Below, one piece after another: positions 17,482-28,698 of a DNA stretch of 64,000 nt. How positions within the stretch are numbered: position 1 is the stretch's first letter; the number at the start of each line of letters is the position of its first letter. This DNA is from Flavobacteriaceae bacterium (GTDB lineage Bacteria > Bacteroidota > Bacteroidia > Flavobacteriales > Flavobacteriaceae), in NCBI GenBank assembly GCA_049791475.1, contig JBAQZZ010000016.1, positions 8,395 to 72,394 on the forward strand, given 5' to 3'. The notes under the pieces were generated by a model, which worked only from the letters and a program-made list of their open reading frames with translations, was not told where the DNA came from and did not search any database. Both the position numbers and the translations under genes were made by a program.

Positions 17482-19020
17482 ATGTATTTTAGGTTAAAAC
17501 TAAAAATTTATTTTATCGTTGCTTTTTTGATGTTGTTATCCTGCAACAAAAATAAAACTGTAGAAACTGAAACTAAATTATTCAAAAACATGCACAGAAA
17601 TGATAGTATAACACTCTCTAAAGAACTTAAAGACTTAGAGCCTTTAATGCTTGATAAAACAGGTGTTTATGTGCTTGAAGATGGAAGCGGATCTATGGTT
17701 GCAAGAGCTTGGTTAACGGAGTATTCTGAAAAAACTATTGATATTCAATACTTTATTTTTTCAACAGACAATATTGGACTTATCGCCTGTGATTATTTGG
17801 TTAGAGCAGCAGATAGAGGTGTAAACGTGCGTATTCTTGTTGATGATATTATGGTTGATGCTGATGTTGAGGATATTTTAACGTTTAGTTCTCATGAGAA
17901 TATTACGGTTAAAATATATAATCCAGGTGTTAATTTAGGGAAAAATATTTTTCAGAAAATTGGCAAATTTGCAACCGATTTTAAATCTGCAAACCAACGC
18001 ATGCACAACAAAACCTTTATTGTTGATGACAAAGTAGTCATTACTGGTGGCAGAAATATAGCCAATGAATACTTTGATTACAGCCATGAATATAATTTTA
18101 GAGACCGAGATGTCCTTTTAATAGGCAAGGAAGTAGAAAATGTAAAAAAATCGTTTGATGAATTTTGGACTAGTTCACTAAGTCAAGATGTAAACACTTT
18201 GGTTGATATAGAAGGCAAAAACACAAATGCTAAAAATCGATTTGACAAATTACATGCCTATGCTAATGATCCAGAAAATTTCTGGCCACAAGTAAGAAAA
18301 CGTATTGAAAAGTTGCCAGAAACATTCGATAATATTAAAAAATCTGGAAATTTAGTTTGGTTGGAAGATGTTCGTTTTATTTCTGATAAACCAGGTAAAA
18401 ATGATGAGGATACTAGTTTAATTGGTGGTGGTCTTTCAACTTTTTCGCTTATTAAATTAGTAAAAAATGCTAAATCTTCTATTGAGATACAAACACCATA
18501 TTTAATCACCTCAATACTTAGTAGAACGCTTTTTAAAGAAGCTGTTGATCGTGGCGTAAAAATTAGAATTCTCACCAACAGTTTAGCCTCAACAGATAAT
18601 GTTGAAGCCTTTAGCAGTTACCAAACAGATAGAGAAGCCTTGTTAAAAACTGGAGTTAAAATATTCGAATTTAGGCCAGATGCTGAAGAACGCACAAAAG
18701 TGATGACTGGAGAATTACAAGAAGAGTTAGACTACAAACCTACGTTTGGACTCCATGCAAAGTCAATGATTGTGGATAATAAAATTACTGTTATTGGCAC
18801 ATTTAATTTAGACCCAAGAAGCGCTAATTTAAATACAGAATGTATTGTTATTTTAGAATCTGAAAAAATATCAAAAGGTGTTTTAGAAGGTATGGAAATA
18901 GAGTTTAAACCTGAAAACTCTTGGGAAACAACATTAGATTTTAATCCAGATTCTGAAGTTAGTAACTACAAGCGTTTAAAAACCTGGACAAGAAAAATAA
19001 TTCCGAAAGAGATTTTATAA
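17482..19020 (+). CDS. phospholipase D family lipoprotein (two HKD motifs)
   Basis: 512 aa. Signal 'FLMLLSCNKN'. HKD motifs 'RMHNKTFIVDDKVVITGGRNI' and 'GLHAKSMIVDNKITVIGTFNLDPRS'. Confidence 0.85.
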   Translation: MYFRLKLKIYFIVAFLMLLSCNKNKTVETETKLFKNMHRNDSITLSKELKDLEPLMLDKTGVYVLEDGSGSMVARAWLTEYSEKTIDIQYFIFSTDNIGLIACDYLVRAADRGVNVRILVDDIMVDADVEDILTFSSHENITVKIYNPGVNLGKNIFQKIGKFATDFKSANQRMHNKTFIVDDKVVITGGRNIANEYFDYSHEYNFRDRDVLLIGKEVENVKKSFDEFWTSSLSQDVNTLVDIEGKNTNAKNRFDKLHAYANDPENFWPQVRKRIEKLPETFDNIKKSGNLVWLEDVRFISDKPGKNDEDTSLIGGGLSTFSLIKLVKNAKSSIEIQTPYLITSILSRTLFKEAVDRGVKIRILTNSLASTDNVEAFSSYQTDREALLKTGVKIFEFRPDAEERTKVMTGELQEELDYKPTFGLHAKSMIVDNKITVIGTFNLDPRSANLNTECIVILESEKISKGVLEGMEIEFKPENSWETTLDFNPDSEVSNYKRLKTWTRKIIPKEIL

Positions 19021-19142
19021 ATCAGTAGTATTTTCAGATTAATTCGTAACATTTCTTAAATATTTTATACTAATAAAGTAAACCAACTATTTAAGAATTC
19101 ATGTTACATTCTATTACATATTTACTTTTTAAACTTAATTTA

Positions 19143-19547
19143 ATGCAGCCATCTGAGAGAACAATTCACTTTTGGATGTATGATTTACAGGTTGAAAAGT
19201 TAGAGTATGCTTTAGAACACGGAAACTATAAAACTAGAAAATTAGCTGCAGAAGCTTTAGAGCGCGTAGGCAAACCATCTTCAATCCCTGCACTTTTGAA
19301 AGCGATAAGCGATAAAGTTCAAAACGTATCTATTGCTGCATTAAATGCTTTAGAAAAAATTGGTGGAGAAGATAGCTTAGTTAAAACTATTATTAAAAAA
19401 CGATTTAATTGGACTAAAGATGTTCGTGCTAAAAATGCTAAATATGAAGCTAATAAAGATAAGAAGTATAAAATTTATCGTTGGGAACGTGCTAGTAAAA
19501 AATCTTTTGAACGTGTAAAAGAACAGCTAAAAAAACCGATGAGATAG
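19143..19547 (+). CDS. HEAT repeat domain protein
   Basis: ATG at 19143 is preferred over the upstream track start. 'RKLAAEALERVGKPSSIPALLKAISDK...VSIAALNALEKIGGEDS' are PBS-lyase/HEAT-like repeats. Confidence 0.55.
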   Translation: MQPSERTIHFWMYDLQVEKLEYALEHGNYKTRKLAAEALERVGKPSSIPALLKAISDKVQNVSIAALNALEKIGGEDSLVKTIIKKRFNWTKDVRAKNAKYEANKDKKYKIYRWERASKKSFERVKEQLKKPMR

Positions 19548-19584
19548 GTGTTGGGTGTTAAAAAGTATAACTTCTAACTTCTAA

Positions 19585-21198
19585 CTAAAATTTATATTCT
19601 GAAAGCCCTTTGGTGAATGCCTCAGGGTTTTCGGCTAAATGATAACGAGGGTCGTCAATATCTTCAACAATAACCTCTCTAAACTTAGGACTTGATTTGT
19701 AGAGTAATATTTTACAATCTTCACTTAAATGTTTTAGTTTGATTGTTTTTCCTTCCGCTTCATATTTATTCACTAAATTAAAAATGGCTTCTAATGCAGA
19801 ATGATCGCTTATTCGAGATTCAACAAAGTCAATTTCCACATGTTCAGGATCATTTTTCACATCAAACTTATCGTTAAAAGCTAAAATTGACCCAAAAAAT
19901 AAAGGTCCCCAAATTTCGTAAACATTCGTACCATCTTCTTTCATGCGCTTGCGCGCACGAATACGTTTCGCATTTTCCCAAGAGAATACCAAAGCACTAA
20001 TAATTACACCTGCGATTACAGCTATGGCCAAATCGAAAATAACCGTTAATGCAGATACTGCTACTAAAACAATAACATCACTAAATGGAATTTTATTTAA
20101 AATACGGAAACTACTCCACGCAAATGTGCCAATTACAACCATAAACATAACGCCAACCAAAGCAGCAATAGGTACTTGCTCAATTAATCCGGAAGCAAAA
20201 AGAATAAATACTAATAATAAAACAGCGGCTACAATTCCAGAAAGCCTACCTCTACCGCCACCTTTTATATTAATAAGCGATTGTCCAATCATAGCGCAAC
20301 CACCCATACCGCCAAAAAGTCCAGTAACAATATTTGCTCCACCTTGAGCTAAACATTCTCTGTTAGTATTTCCTCTTGTTTCTGTTAATTCATCTACAAG
20401 GTTTAAAGTCATTAATGATTCTATTAATCCAATGGCAGCAAGAATTACTGCGTAAGGAAAAATAAATTTTAAAGTCTCTAAATTAAAAGGAACTTTACTA
20501 AAAATATCTGTTTGAAATTGTGGCAAACCACCTTTTAAACCTTCACCTCCACCATCACGAATAAAACTTCCAACAGTAGCCACATCTAAATTACCGAATA
20601 TTACAATTGCTGAAACTACTAAAATAGCAACCAAAGCTTCAGGTAATTTTTTGGTGAGTTTTGGCAAACCGAACATAATTCCCATGGTTAAAGCAACTAG
20701 ACCAACCATGATCCATAATTGAGTTCCTGAAAACCAATCACCTGTTGCGTTTTTAAACATTCCTAATTGGGATAGAAAAATAACAATGGCTAAACCATTT
20801 ACAAACCCCATCATTACTGGGTGCGGAATCAATCTTACAAACTTACCAAGCTTAAAAACACCCGCTAACATTTGTATAATTCCCATTAAAATAACCGTTG
20901 CAAATAAATAGTAAAGACCTAAATTTTCGCTGGCTTCACCCATAGCGTTTCCTTCTGCAACTAAACTTACCATAACTACAGCTAAAGCCCCAGTTGCACC
21001 ACTAATCATTCCTGGTCGACCTCCAAATATTGAGGTAATTAATCCAATCATGAATGCAGCGTAAAGCCCGACTAAAGGATCTACACCAGCTACAAAAGCA
21101 AAAGCTACAGCTTCTGGAACTAAGGCTAAAGCGACTGTAATTCCACTTAAAATGTCATTTTTAGCATTTGCAGCACGCTTTCTAATAAACTCGGTCAT
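19585..21198 (-). CDS. SulP family inorganic anion transporter with C-terminal STAS domain
   Basis: 537 aa with a polytopic core ('GGRPGMISGATGA', 'AQGGANIVTGLFGGMGGCAMIGQS') and a STAS-like C-terminus. Confidence 0.9.
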   Translation of the reverse strand: MTEFIRKRAANAKNDILSGITVALALVPEAVAFAFVAGVDPLVGLYAAFMIGLITSIFGGRPGMISGATGALAVVMVSLVAEGNAMGEASENLGLYYLFATVILMGIIQMLAGVFKLGKFVRLIPHPVMMGFVNGLAIVIFLSQLGMFKNATGDWFSGTQLWIMVGLVALTMGIMFGLPKLTKKLPEALVAILVVSAIVIFGNLDVATVGSFIRDGGGEGLKGGLPQFQTDIFSKVPFNLETLKFIFPYAVILAAIGLIESLMTLNLVDELTETRGNTNRECLAQGGANIVTGLFGGMGGCAMIGQSLINIKGGGRGRLSGIVAAVLLLVFILFASGLIEQVPIAALVGVMFMVVIGTFAWSSFRILNKIPFSDVIVLVAVSALTVIFDLAIAVIAGVIISALVFSWENAKRIRARKRMKEDGTNVYEIWGPLFFGSILAFNDKFDVKNDPEHVEIDFVESRISDHSALEAIFNLVNKYEAEGKTIKLKHLSEDCKILLYKSSPKFREVIVEDIDDPRYHLAENPEAFTKGLSEYKF

Positions 21199-21294
21199 GA
21201 TTATTTTTTTGAAGCCACAAATTTAAGCTTAATAAATTGACTAGCAAGAGAAGCATTCTATTTTACTTTTTATACAAACTATAACGTTTGAATA

Positions 21295-21672
21295 TTATTT
21301 AAGCACATCAATTTCATTTAGCCAAGCCAAAGCATCTTCACGTTTATTAAACCAACTTATTTCCCAATTTAAATTGGCGTTTAAGCTTAATAAAGTTTCA
21401 CTAGACATGAGCCCGCCATGGGTACTTAAAAGAACAGCTAATTTTTTAATTTTATCAAAATTAACAATAGCCTTTTGTGCTTCAAAAGTATATGTGTAAG
21501 CGTGTTTTCTGTTTACAAGTAAATAAAATGGAGCCTTGAGATTATTCAGAAGAAAATTGTGATACTCTTTAACTTGAGTTACGTTCATTTCAATACCATC
21601 ATCAACAACAATTTCAGCTAAATTATTGTTGAGCTTTATTATAGTTCCAAACGACATCTTATAATTTTTCAT
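21295..21672 (-). CDS. hypothetical protein
   Basis: 125-aa ORF with compact spacing and no motif I recognise. A possible STAS/SpoIIAA-like fold is a guess only. Confidence 0.4.
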   Translation of the reverse strand: MKNYKMSFGTIIKLNNNLAEIVVDDGIEMNVTQVKEYHNFLLNNLKAPFYLLVNRKHAYTYTFEAQKAIVNFDKIKKLAVLLSTHGGLMSSETLLSLNANLNWEISWFNKREDALAWLNEIDVLK

Positions 21673-21825
21673 ATCAATCTATTTTGACAGATTTCTATAA
21701 AATTATAAACACACAAACACGAATAATAGCAACAACCGATACAAGTTAATCATTTTCATTAAGTTTTTCACTTAGAAAAAGGTATTTTGTTTAGAAATTG
21801 TAGATTTATAAAAATAAATTAGAAA

Positions 21826-23562
21826 ATGAAAAAAATTCTTGGGCTATTACTTTTAATATTTTCGTGTAATACTTCGAATGAAAAACCTTCTTTTGATTTT
21901 GAAACACATTTTGAAAAATCGAATGGAATTGAAACTGCAACATACAAACAAACTATAGCGTTTTATGAAGCCTTAGCCGAGAACTATTCTGAAATATCTA
22001 TTGTTAGTATTGGAGAAACCGATTCTGGAAAACCATTACATATAATCACATTAAATACAGATGCAGAATTCAATTTTAAAACTATTAGAAAGAATAAGCG
22101 AATTATGCTTATTAATAACGGCATTCATCCAGGAGAGTCTGATGGTATTGATGCAACTATGATGCTTTTTAGAGATTTGGTTAATGGAAAAATTAAAGCT
22201 CCAAAAAATACTGTTTTAGTTACTATACCAATTTATAATATTGGTGGTAGTTTAAACAGAAACTCATCCACAAGAACTAATCAAAACGGACCAAAAGAAT
22301 ATGGTTTTAGAGGAAATGCAAGGAATTATGATTTGAATCGCGATTTTATTAAGTGTGACACCAAAAACGCTAAAACATTTACTGAAATTTTTCATTTAAT
22401 AAAACCAGATGTTTTTATAGACAATCATGTAAGTAATGGCGCTGATTATCAATATACACTCACACATTTATTTACACAACATAATAAATTAGGCGGCGAT
22501 TTAGGTTATTATATCAACACTAAAATGATGCCTAATTTGGAACAAAAATTAGTCGAAAAAGCTTGGGATATTACACCCTATGTGAATGTATTTAACCAGG
22601 TTCCAGAAGAAGGGTTTTCGCAATTTATGGATTACCCAAGATATTCAACAGGCTACACAACACTATTTAATACTCTAGGAATGATGGTTGAAACCCACAT
22701 GCTAAAGCCCTACAAAATGCGTGTTGAAGGTACTTACCAACTTATGAAAAGTATGATTGAAATTACTGAAGAAGATGGCGAAAAGATTTCTAAGCTCCGA
22801 AACAATGCTTTAATTGAAATTCAAAATCAGAAAAGCTACACTCTGGATTGGGAAATTGATACCACAAAAAGTTCTTCTTTAAATTTTAAAGGTTTTGAAG
22901 CTGAATTAATTCCTAGTAAAATAACTGGTGCTAACAGATTAAAATATGACCGTTCGAAACCATTTACAAAAGAAGTTAACTATCAAAATTATTTCAAATC
23001 TAGTCTTGAAGTACAAATTCCAAAAGCATACATTATTCCGAAAGGTTGGCATCATGTGATCAATCTATTAAAATTGAACCAAGTTGAAATGTCTTCTTTT
23101 GAAAAAGATACCATTATAAATGTTGAATCTTATAGAATTTCAGATTATAAAACACGTCAAGCACCATACGAAGGTCATTATCAGCATTACAATACTGCAA
23201 TTGATAAAACATTAAAAAACATCGGTTTTCTTAAAGGTGATTTTATTATAAACACCCATCAAAATGCCATACGTTATTTAATAGAAACTTTAGAACCGCA
23301 GGCTCCAGATTCGTTTTTTAATTGGAATTTCTTCGATACTATTTTACAGCAAAAAGAAGGTTTTTCACCTTACGTTTGGGAAGATAAAGCTGAAGAATTA
23401 TTAAATAATAATGAAGAATTAAGAATTGAATTTGAAACTAAAAAACAAACCGATAAAGCGTTTAATGATAGCTGGTACGTGCAACTAGATTGGCTACATA
23501 AACAAAGCGAAAACTATGAAAAAGCCCATTTAGAATATCCTGTTTATAGAATAACTAATTAA
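21826..23562 (+). CDS. M14 family zinc carboxypeptidase lipoprotein
   Basis: 578 aa. Signal 'LLLIFSCNTS'. 'NNGIHPGESDG' is the HxxE zinc motif, followed by 'NRDF'. Confidence 0.8.
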   Translation: MKKILGLLLLIFSCNTSNEKPSFDFETHFEKSNGIETATYKQTIAFYEALAENYSEISIVSIGETDSGKPLHIITLNTDAEFNFKTIRKNKRIMLINNGIHPGESDGIDATMMLFRDLVNGKIKAPKNTVLVTIPIYNIGGSLNRNSSTRTNQNGPKEYGFRGNARNYDLNRDFIKCDTKNAKTFTEIFHLIKPDVFIDNHVSNGADYQYTLTHLFTQHNKLGGDLGYYINTKMMPNLEQKLVEKAWDITPYVNVFNQVPEEGFSQFMDYPRYSTGYTTLFNTLGMMVETHMLKPYKMRVEGTYQLMKSMIEITEEDGEKISKLRNNALIEIQNQKSYTLDWEIDTTKSSSLNFKGFEAELIPSKITGANRLKYDRSKPFTKEVNYQNYFKSSLEVQIPKAYIIPKGWHHVINLLKLNQVEMSSFEKDTIINVESYRISDYKTRQAPYEGHYQHYNTAIDKTLKNIGFLKGDFIINTHQNAIRYLIETLEPQAPDSFFNWNFFDTILQQKEGFSPYVWEDKAEELLNNNEELRIEFETKKQTDKAFNDSWYVQLDWLHKQSENYEKAHLEYPVYRITN

Positions 23563-23573
23563 ACTTTTATAAT

Positions 23574-24155
23574 TTACACTAACAATTTAATGTTGGCGTA
23601 AGAGTTTTCAAGAGCTTCTTTAATCTGCTTATTATTTAACCATTCAACTTTAGTTATTCCTTCATTTTCTTGTGCATATAAATTTCCTGTAAAGCTGGTC
23701 TTCATCTCAAACCAATAGGTCACCTTAATTTTAAAACGTCCATTACGTTTAAATATATGATATGTAGTATCTAAAGGTTTAGTTATTTCTAATCCGGCAA
23801 CACCAGTTTCTTCGCTAACTTCACGTATAGCAGTTTGTTCAATAGTTTCTCTACCTTCTACTTTTCCTTTTGGCAAATCCCATTTATCATTTCTATAAAT
23901 AAATAAAATCTCATTTTTTTCGTTATAAACTTTACCTCCGCCAGCAATAACATTTGGTAGTTTTTTCAAAAATTTTTTGATTAATTTATTTTCGTTTTTA
24001 TGGATTAGGCGAATTTCATTCAAAGCCGTAGAATTAAGCTCTCTAATTACTTTTCTGATATTTACGCTATTTAGTAAATAATTTTTAAAGCTAGTTTCCT
24101 GCTCTACTAATGTAGTTAAGATTATAGGCTTGTCTCCAACAAAAACTTTATACAT
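23574..24155 (-). CDS. NUDIX hydrolase
   Basis: 193 aa with the Nudix box 'GKVEGRETIEQTAIREVSEETG'. Confidence 0.8.
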   Translation of the reverse strand: MYKVFVGDKPIILTTLVEQETSFKNYLLNSVNIRKVIRELNSTALNEIRLIHKNENKLIKKFLKKLPNVIAGGGKVYNEKNEILFIYRNDKWDLPKGKVEGRETIEQTAIREVSEETGVAGLEITKPLDTTYHIFKRNGRFKIKVTYWFEMKTSFTGNLYAQENEGITKVEWLNNKQIKEALENSYANIKLLV

Positions 24156-24283
24156 ACTTATTTTAAGAATTTTGTTTTGGTAAAAATATCATTTTTAATA
24201 ACAAAGTAGTAAATGTTGAAAAAATATTTTTATTGATAAAAATAAGCGTCCTTTAAAACCAAATTTATGTTTAATTTTACCTC

Positions 24284-24928
24284 ATGATTTTTGACAAGCA
24301 AACCGCCAAAGAAACCGCCGAAGTATTATTACAAGTTAATGCTATAAAACTCAGTCCTACAAAACCATTTACTTGGGCTTCAGGATGGAAATCGCCTATT
24401 TATTGCGATAATCGCATTATTTTATCGTTCCCGCCTATACGAAACCATATTCGTGAAACTATGGCGAAAGAAATTGAAAAAATGTATGGAAAACCAGACG
24501 CCATTGCAGGCGTAGCAACTGGTGCCATTGGCATTGGCATATTAGTTGCCGAATATTTAGGACTTCCTTTTATATATGTTAGACCAGAAGCTAAAGGTCA
24601 TGGCAGACAAAATCAAATTGAAGGATATATTGAAAGCGGTCAAAGTGTTGTGGTGGTTGAAGATTTAATAAGTACAGGAAAAAGTAGCTTAAATGCTGTA
24701 AAAGCTTTAAAAGAAGCTGATGTTAAAGTTAAAGGAATGGTTGCTATTTTTACTTATGGTTTTGAAATTGCCAATAAAAACTTTAAAAAAGGTGGCGTTA
24801 CTTTAAATACATTAAGCAACTATGAAAACCTATTGGAACAAGCTTTAGACACCAAGTATATTTCTGAAAAGGAATTAAAAACCTTATCTGAATGGAATTC
24901 CAATCCTAGTGAATGGAACGCTAATTGA
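24284..24928 (+). CDS. pyrE: orotate phosphoribosyltransferase
   Basis: 214 aa. 'F.WASGWKSPIYCDNR' and the PRPP loop 'VVVVEDLISTGKSS'. Confidence 0.92.
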   Translation: MIFDKQTAKETAEVLLQVNAIKLSPTKPFTWASGWKSPIYCDNRIILSFPPIRNHIRETMAKEIEKMYGKPDAIAGVATGAIGIGILVAEYLGLPFIYVRPEAKGHGRQNQIEGYIESGQSVVVVEDLISTGKSSLNAVKALKEADVKVKGMVAIFTYGFEIANKNFKKGGVTLNTLSNYENLLEQALDTKYISEKELKTLSEWNSNPSEWNAN

Positions 24929-25020
24929 TATATAAATGTAAAGCAATTGAATCGTTTAGACGCTAAGTCGATACAAAGTCAATCAGCTTGACAACTTAAT
25001 GACAAACAAATAACAAAAAA

Positions 25021-25416
25021 ATGAATTTAGAATCCCCAAAAATTAACGTTGAAAAATCACCTCAAGACGTTTTTGACTTTTTAGCCGATATTAAAAATTT
25101 TGAAGCTTTAATGCCAGAAAACATAAGCAAGTTTGAAGTTTTAGACGATGACAAATTTTTATTCGCTCTAAAAGGCATGCCTGAAATTATTCTTAAAAAG
25201 AAAGAAGTTATACCTCCAAACAAAATTGTGCTGGGTGCTGCTGGTGGTAAAATAGATTTTGCTTTGGTAGCCAATATTGTTGAAGTTAACCCAGAATCAA
25301 GTGAAGTGCAATTAGATTTTACTGGCGACTTCAACCCGATGATGGCGATGATGATAAAAAAGCCCATTACAAAATTTATTGAAACTTTAGTTACAAGTAT
25401 TCCTAAAGCTATTTAG
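25021..25416 (+). CDS. SRPBCC-like small protein (tentative)
   Basis: 131 aa. The size, pattern and position downstream of pyrE recall SRPBCC/START-like proteins. Weak, from memory. Confidence 0.45.
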   Translation: MNLESPKINVEKSPQDVFDFLADIKNFEALMPENISKFEVLDDDKFLFALKGMPEIILKKKEVIPPNKIVLGAAGGKIDFALVANIVEVNPESSEVQLDFTGDFNPMMAMMIKKPITKFIETLVTSIPKAI

Positions 25417-26141
25417 TACATTAACGTAATTTCTTTAAGATCAAATTTTTTCACAATTTCGTCTTCCAAAGTCACTTGTAGCTTACCATATTTAGTAACA
25501 CCTTTTATAAAACCAGAAAATAAAACACCTTCATCATCTTTAAATGTTGAAGGTTTGTTTTTTCTGAACAAATTGGTTTCATATTCATTTTTAACAAAAT
25601 CATACTTTTCTTGCTGCAATAGTTTCGAATATTCTTTAGTGTAATTTACTATGAGTTGCAAAATTTCATCCACATTGTAATGAATTCCTGTAATATTCTT
25701 TAAAGATGACGCTTTTGGAAGATTCTTAAAATCTGTTTGATTGACGTTAATCCCAATTCCGATAATTGTAGAATTTAGCTTGTTTTTTATGACATTTTCT
25801 ATCAAAATACCGCAAATCTTTTTATCTGCTGACAAAATGTCGTTAGGCCATTTAATATGTAAATCAGGAATATTTAAAGTTTTAAAAGCCTTAAGAATTG
25901 CCAAAGAAATGGCCATACTAATGTAAAAAGGAAATTCAACATCATGAAGCCGCAAATCTTTAAACACACTAAACATAAGGTTCTTTCCTTTATCAGAATC
26001 CCAAACCGTACCCATTTGCCCTCTGCCTTGTGTCTGCTTTTTCGCCATTACAATAGTATAATCGCCAACATCTTGTTCACTAATAAGTCTACGCATGTAG
26101 CTATTTGTAGAATCGGTGGCATCAAGTTTGATTATAGGCAT
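25413..26141 (-). CDS. birA: biotin--[acetyl-CoA-carboxylase] ligase
   Basis: 242 aa. 'QTQGRGQMGTVWDS' (GRGRxGRxW-type) and 'KWPNDI....KICGILIE'. No N-terminal HTH, so group I. Confidence 0.85.
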   Translation of the reverse strand: MPIIKLDATDSTNSYMRRLISEQDVGDYTIVMAKKQTQGRGQMGTVWDSDKGKNLMFSVFKDLRLHDVEFPFYISMAISLAILKAFKTLNIPDLHIKWPNDILSADKKICGILIENVIKNKLNSTIIGIGINVNQTDFKNLPKASSLKNITGIHYNVDEILQLIVNYTKEYSKLLQQEKYDFVKNEYETNLFRKNKPSTFKDDEGVLFSGFIKGVTKYGKLQVTLEDEIVKKFDLKEITLMY

Positions 26142-26206
26142 GTGAGAGTTATTTTAATACTTTAAAATCTTATGATTGTTTAAAGTATAAAGAACTAAAA
26201 AAATAA

Positions 26207-26214
26207 TAACTTTG
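26207..26214 (+). promoter_or_regulatory. candidate -7 promoter box (TAACTTTG) for rsfS-ftsH
   Basis: Exact TAnnTTTG match, 20 nt upstream of the rsfS ATG. Confidence 0.45.
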
Positions 26215-26233
26215 CACAAATTAAATAAATTTA

Positions 26234-26605
26234 ATGGCGAAACAAAAAATAAGCGCAGATCAACTAATATCTACCATAATAAGTGGCATTGAAGATGTTA
26301 AAGGAAAAGATATAAATATTTTAGATTTAAGAGCGATTGAAAACACGGTTTGTGATTATTTTATAGTTTGCGAAGGCACTTCAAATACGCAGGTAAATGC
26401 CATAGTTAATTCAATACAAAAAAAAGTTAGCAAAGAACTTAAAGATAAGCCTTGGCATACTGAAGGTTTAGAAAATTCTGAATGGGTTTTAATGGATTAC
26501 GTAAACATTGTTGTACACGTTTTTCAAAAACACATTAGAGAATATTATGATATTGAAAGTCTTTGGGGCGATGCAAAAACAACCGTTATAGAAACAAGTT
26601 ACTAA
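26234..26605 (+). CDS. rsfS: ribosome silencing factor RsfS
   Basis: 123 aa. 'KG.DI.ILD......CDYFIVC.G.S..QV.AI', 'W.L.DY..IVVH.F....R..Y..E.LW'. Confidence 0.88.
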   Translation: MAKQKISADQLISTIISGIEDVKGKDINILDLRAIENTVCDYFIVCEGTSNTQVNAIVNSIQKKVSKELKDKPWHTEGLENSEWVLMDYVNIVVHVFQKHIREYYDIESLWGDAKTTVIETSY

Positions 26606-26614
26606 AAAAGAGAA

Positions 26615-28582
26615 ATGGCAAACGAGAAAAAAAATATAAAAGATAAAAAACCAAAATTTAGTCCCTATTGGATTTACGGTATACTAATAGCCCTTTTTTT
26701 AGGATTTCAAGTATTTAACAGTGGTGGTTATCAAGATGGAAGCCTAACAACGCCATCAGATTTTTTTAGATATTTAGAAGATGGCGACGTTGAGCGTGTA
26801 GATATTGTTAAAAACACACGTGTTGCTAAAGTTTATTTAACAAAAGATGCACAGGCCAAAGAGATTCATAAAAACTCTAAACCCCAAACGTTTATACCTT
26901 CAGCTACTAAATTACCAAATTATAAATTTGAGTTTGGAGATCTTCAAAATTTCGAAAATGAACTTAATGAAGCCACTGCAAATTTAACGACTAAACCTAT
27001 TGTAAAATTTAATACAGAAACCAACGATTGGGGAAACCTTTTAATGGGCATTTTGCCATTTATTTTACTAATAGGTGTTTGGATTTTTATTATGCGTCGC
27101 ATGTCTGGTGGTGCTGGCGGAGGTGCTGGCGGTCAGATTTTCAATATCGGAAAATCTAAAGCAAAACTTTTTGATCAAAACACTGAAGTTAAAACAACCT
27201 TTAAAGATGTTGCTGGTTTAGAAGGTGCAAAAGAAGAGGTTCAAGAAATTGTAGATTTTTTAAAATTTCCTGAGAAATATACCACTCTTGGTGGTAAAAT
27301 TCCAAAAGGCGCTTTGCTAGTAGGGCCTCCAGGAACAGGTAAAACCTTATTAGCTAGAGCTGTTGCCGGTGAAGCTAAAGTGCCTTTCTTTTCACTTTCA
27401 GGTTCAGATTTTGTTGAGATGTTTGTTGGTGTTGGAGCCTCTCGAGTTAGAGATTTATTTAAACAAGCAAAAGAAAAATCACCTTCAATTATTTTTATTG
27501 ATGAAATAGATGCTATTGGTCGTGCCAGAGGTAAAAATGCCATGTCTGGAAGTAATGATGAGCGTGAAAATACGTTAAATCAATTATTAACAGAAATGGA
27601 TGGTTTTGGTACTAATGCAAATGTAATTGTAATAGCTGCAACTAACAGAGCAGATATTTTAGACAAAGCATTAATGCGAGCTGGTCGTTTTGACAGACAA
27701 ATTTATGTTGATTTACCAGACGTCCGTGAACGTAAAGAAATTTTTGAAGTGCATTTACGCCCGCTTAAAAAAGCTAAAAATTTAGATTTAGATTTTCTTT
27801 CAAAACAAACACCAGGTTTCTCTGGAGCAGATATTGCAAATGTTTGTAACGAAGCCGCATTAATTGCAGCCAGAAATGGAAAAAAAGCAGTTGACAAACA
27901 AGATTTCCTTGATGCTGTTGATAGAATAATCGGTGGTTTAGAAAAGAAAAATAAAATAATAACACCAAGTGAAAAACGTGCTGTAGCCTTTCACGAGGCA
28001 GGACACGCCGTTACTAGTTGGATGTTAGAACATGCTGCGCCATTGGTAAAAGTAACAATTGTACCACGTGGGCGCTCTTTAGGAGCTGCTTGGTATTTGC
28101 CTGAAGAAAGACTTATAGTTAGACCAGAACAAATGCTTGACGAAATGTGTGCTGCATTAGGCGGTCGTGCTGCTGAAAAGGTGATTTTTAATAAAATATC
28201 AACGGGGGCTTTAAGTGATTTAGAAAAGGTAACCAAACAAGCCAGAGCCATGGTTACTATTTATGGTTTAAGTGAAAAAATTGGTAACTTAACATATTAC
28301 GATTCCTCAGGACAAAATGAATATGGCTTTTCTAAACCTTACAGTGAGCAAACGGCCGAATTAATCGATAAAGAAATTTCAGAAATAATTGAGAAACAAT
28401 ATGCCCGTGCCATTGCCTTATTAGAGGAAAATAAAGATAAGCTCACACAACTGGCTGAAGTGCTTTTAGAAAAAGAAGTTATTTTTAAAGATAATTTAGA
28501 GAAAATATTTGGTAAACGGCCCTTTGAAAAAGAAGAGCAAGAAGCACCAAAACAGGAAGAAACAGAATCGCCCAAAGAGTAG
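26615..28582 (+). CDS. ftsH: ATP-dependent zinc metalloprotease FtsH
   Basis: 655 aa. Walker A 'GPPGTGKT', Walker B 'IIFIDEID', SRH '[16 protein letters not shown]', zinc site 'HEAGHA'. Confidence 0.97.
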   Translation: MANEKKNIKDKKPKFSPYWIYGILIALFLGFQVFNSGGYQDGSLTTPSDFFRYLEDGDVERVDIVKNTRVAKVYLTKDAQAKEIHKNSKPQTFIPSATKLPNYKFEFGDLQNFENELNEATANLTTKPIVKFNTETNDWGNLLMGILPFILLIGVWIFIMRRMSGGAGGGAGGQIFNIGKSKAKLFDQNTEVKTTFKDVAGLEGAKEEVQEIVDFLKFPEKYTTLGGKIPKGALLVGPPGTGKTLLARAVAGEAKVPFFSLSGSDFVEMFVGVGASRVRDLFKQAKEKSPSIIFIDEIDAIGRARGKNAMSGSNDERENTLNQLLTEMDGFGTNANVIVIAATNRADILDKALMRAGRFDRQIYVDLPDVRERKEIFEVHLRPLKKAKNLDLDFLSKQTPGFSGADIANVCNEAALIAARNGKKAVDKQDFLDAVDRIIGGLEKKNKIITPSEKRAVAFHEAGHAVTSWMLEHAAPLVKVTIVPRGRSLGAAWYLPEERLIVRPEQMLDEMCAALGGRAAEKVIFNKISTGALSDLEKVTKQARAMVTIYGLSEKIGNLTYYDSSGQNEYGFSKPYSEQTAELIDKEISEIIEKQYARAIALLEENKDKLTQLAEVLLEKEVIFKDNLEKIFGKRPFEKEEQEAPKQEETESPKE

Positions 28583-28613
28583 ATTTTATCATATTCTGTT
28601 AAGCTTTTAGTAA

Positions 28614-28652
28614 AAATCTTAAATTAATCGTATGGTTAATTTAAGATTTTTT
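28614..28652 (+). terminator. rho-independent terminator after ftsH
   Basis: Perfect 14-bp stem aaatcttaaattaa / ttaatttaagattt (28614-28627 / 28636-28649) followed by a T run. Confidence 0.7.
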
Positions 28653-28698
28653 ATATTTGATAAATTCCTCAAAAAAATAGTTAATAGCGCCTAACTAA

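Noticed and set aside
19568-19586. Tandem heptamer taacttc-taacttc-taac between the HEAT-repeat gene and the SulP gene.
   Set aside because: There are only about 2.5 units. This is too short to call a repeat locus and is probably just part of a spacer or terminator region.
27107-27130. Direct 12-nt duplication ggtgctggcgga / ggtgctggcggt inside ftsH.
   Set aside because: It encodes the Gly-rich linker (GGAGGGAGG) after the second TM helix, a normal variable feature of FtsH. It is in frame and harmless.
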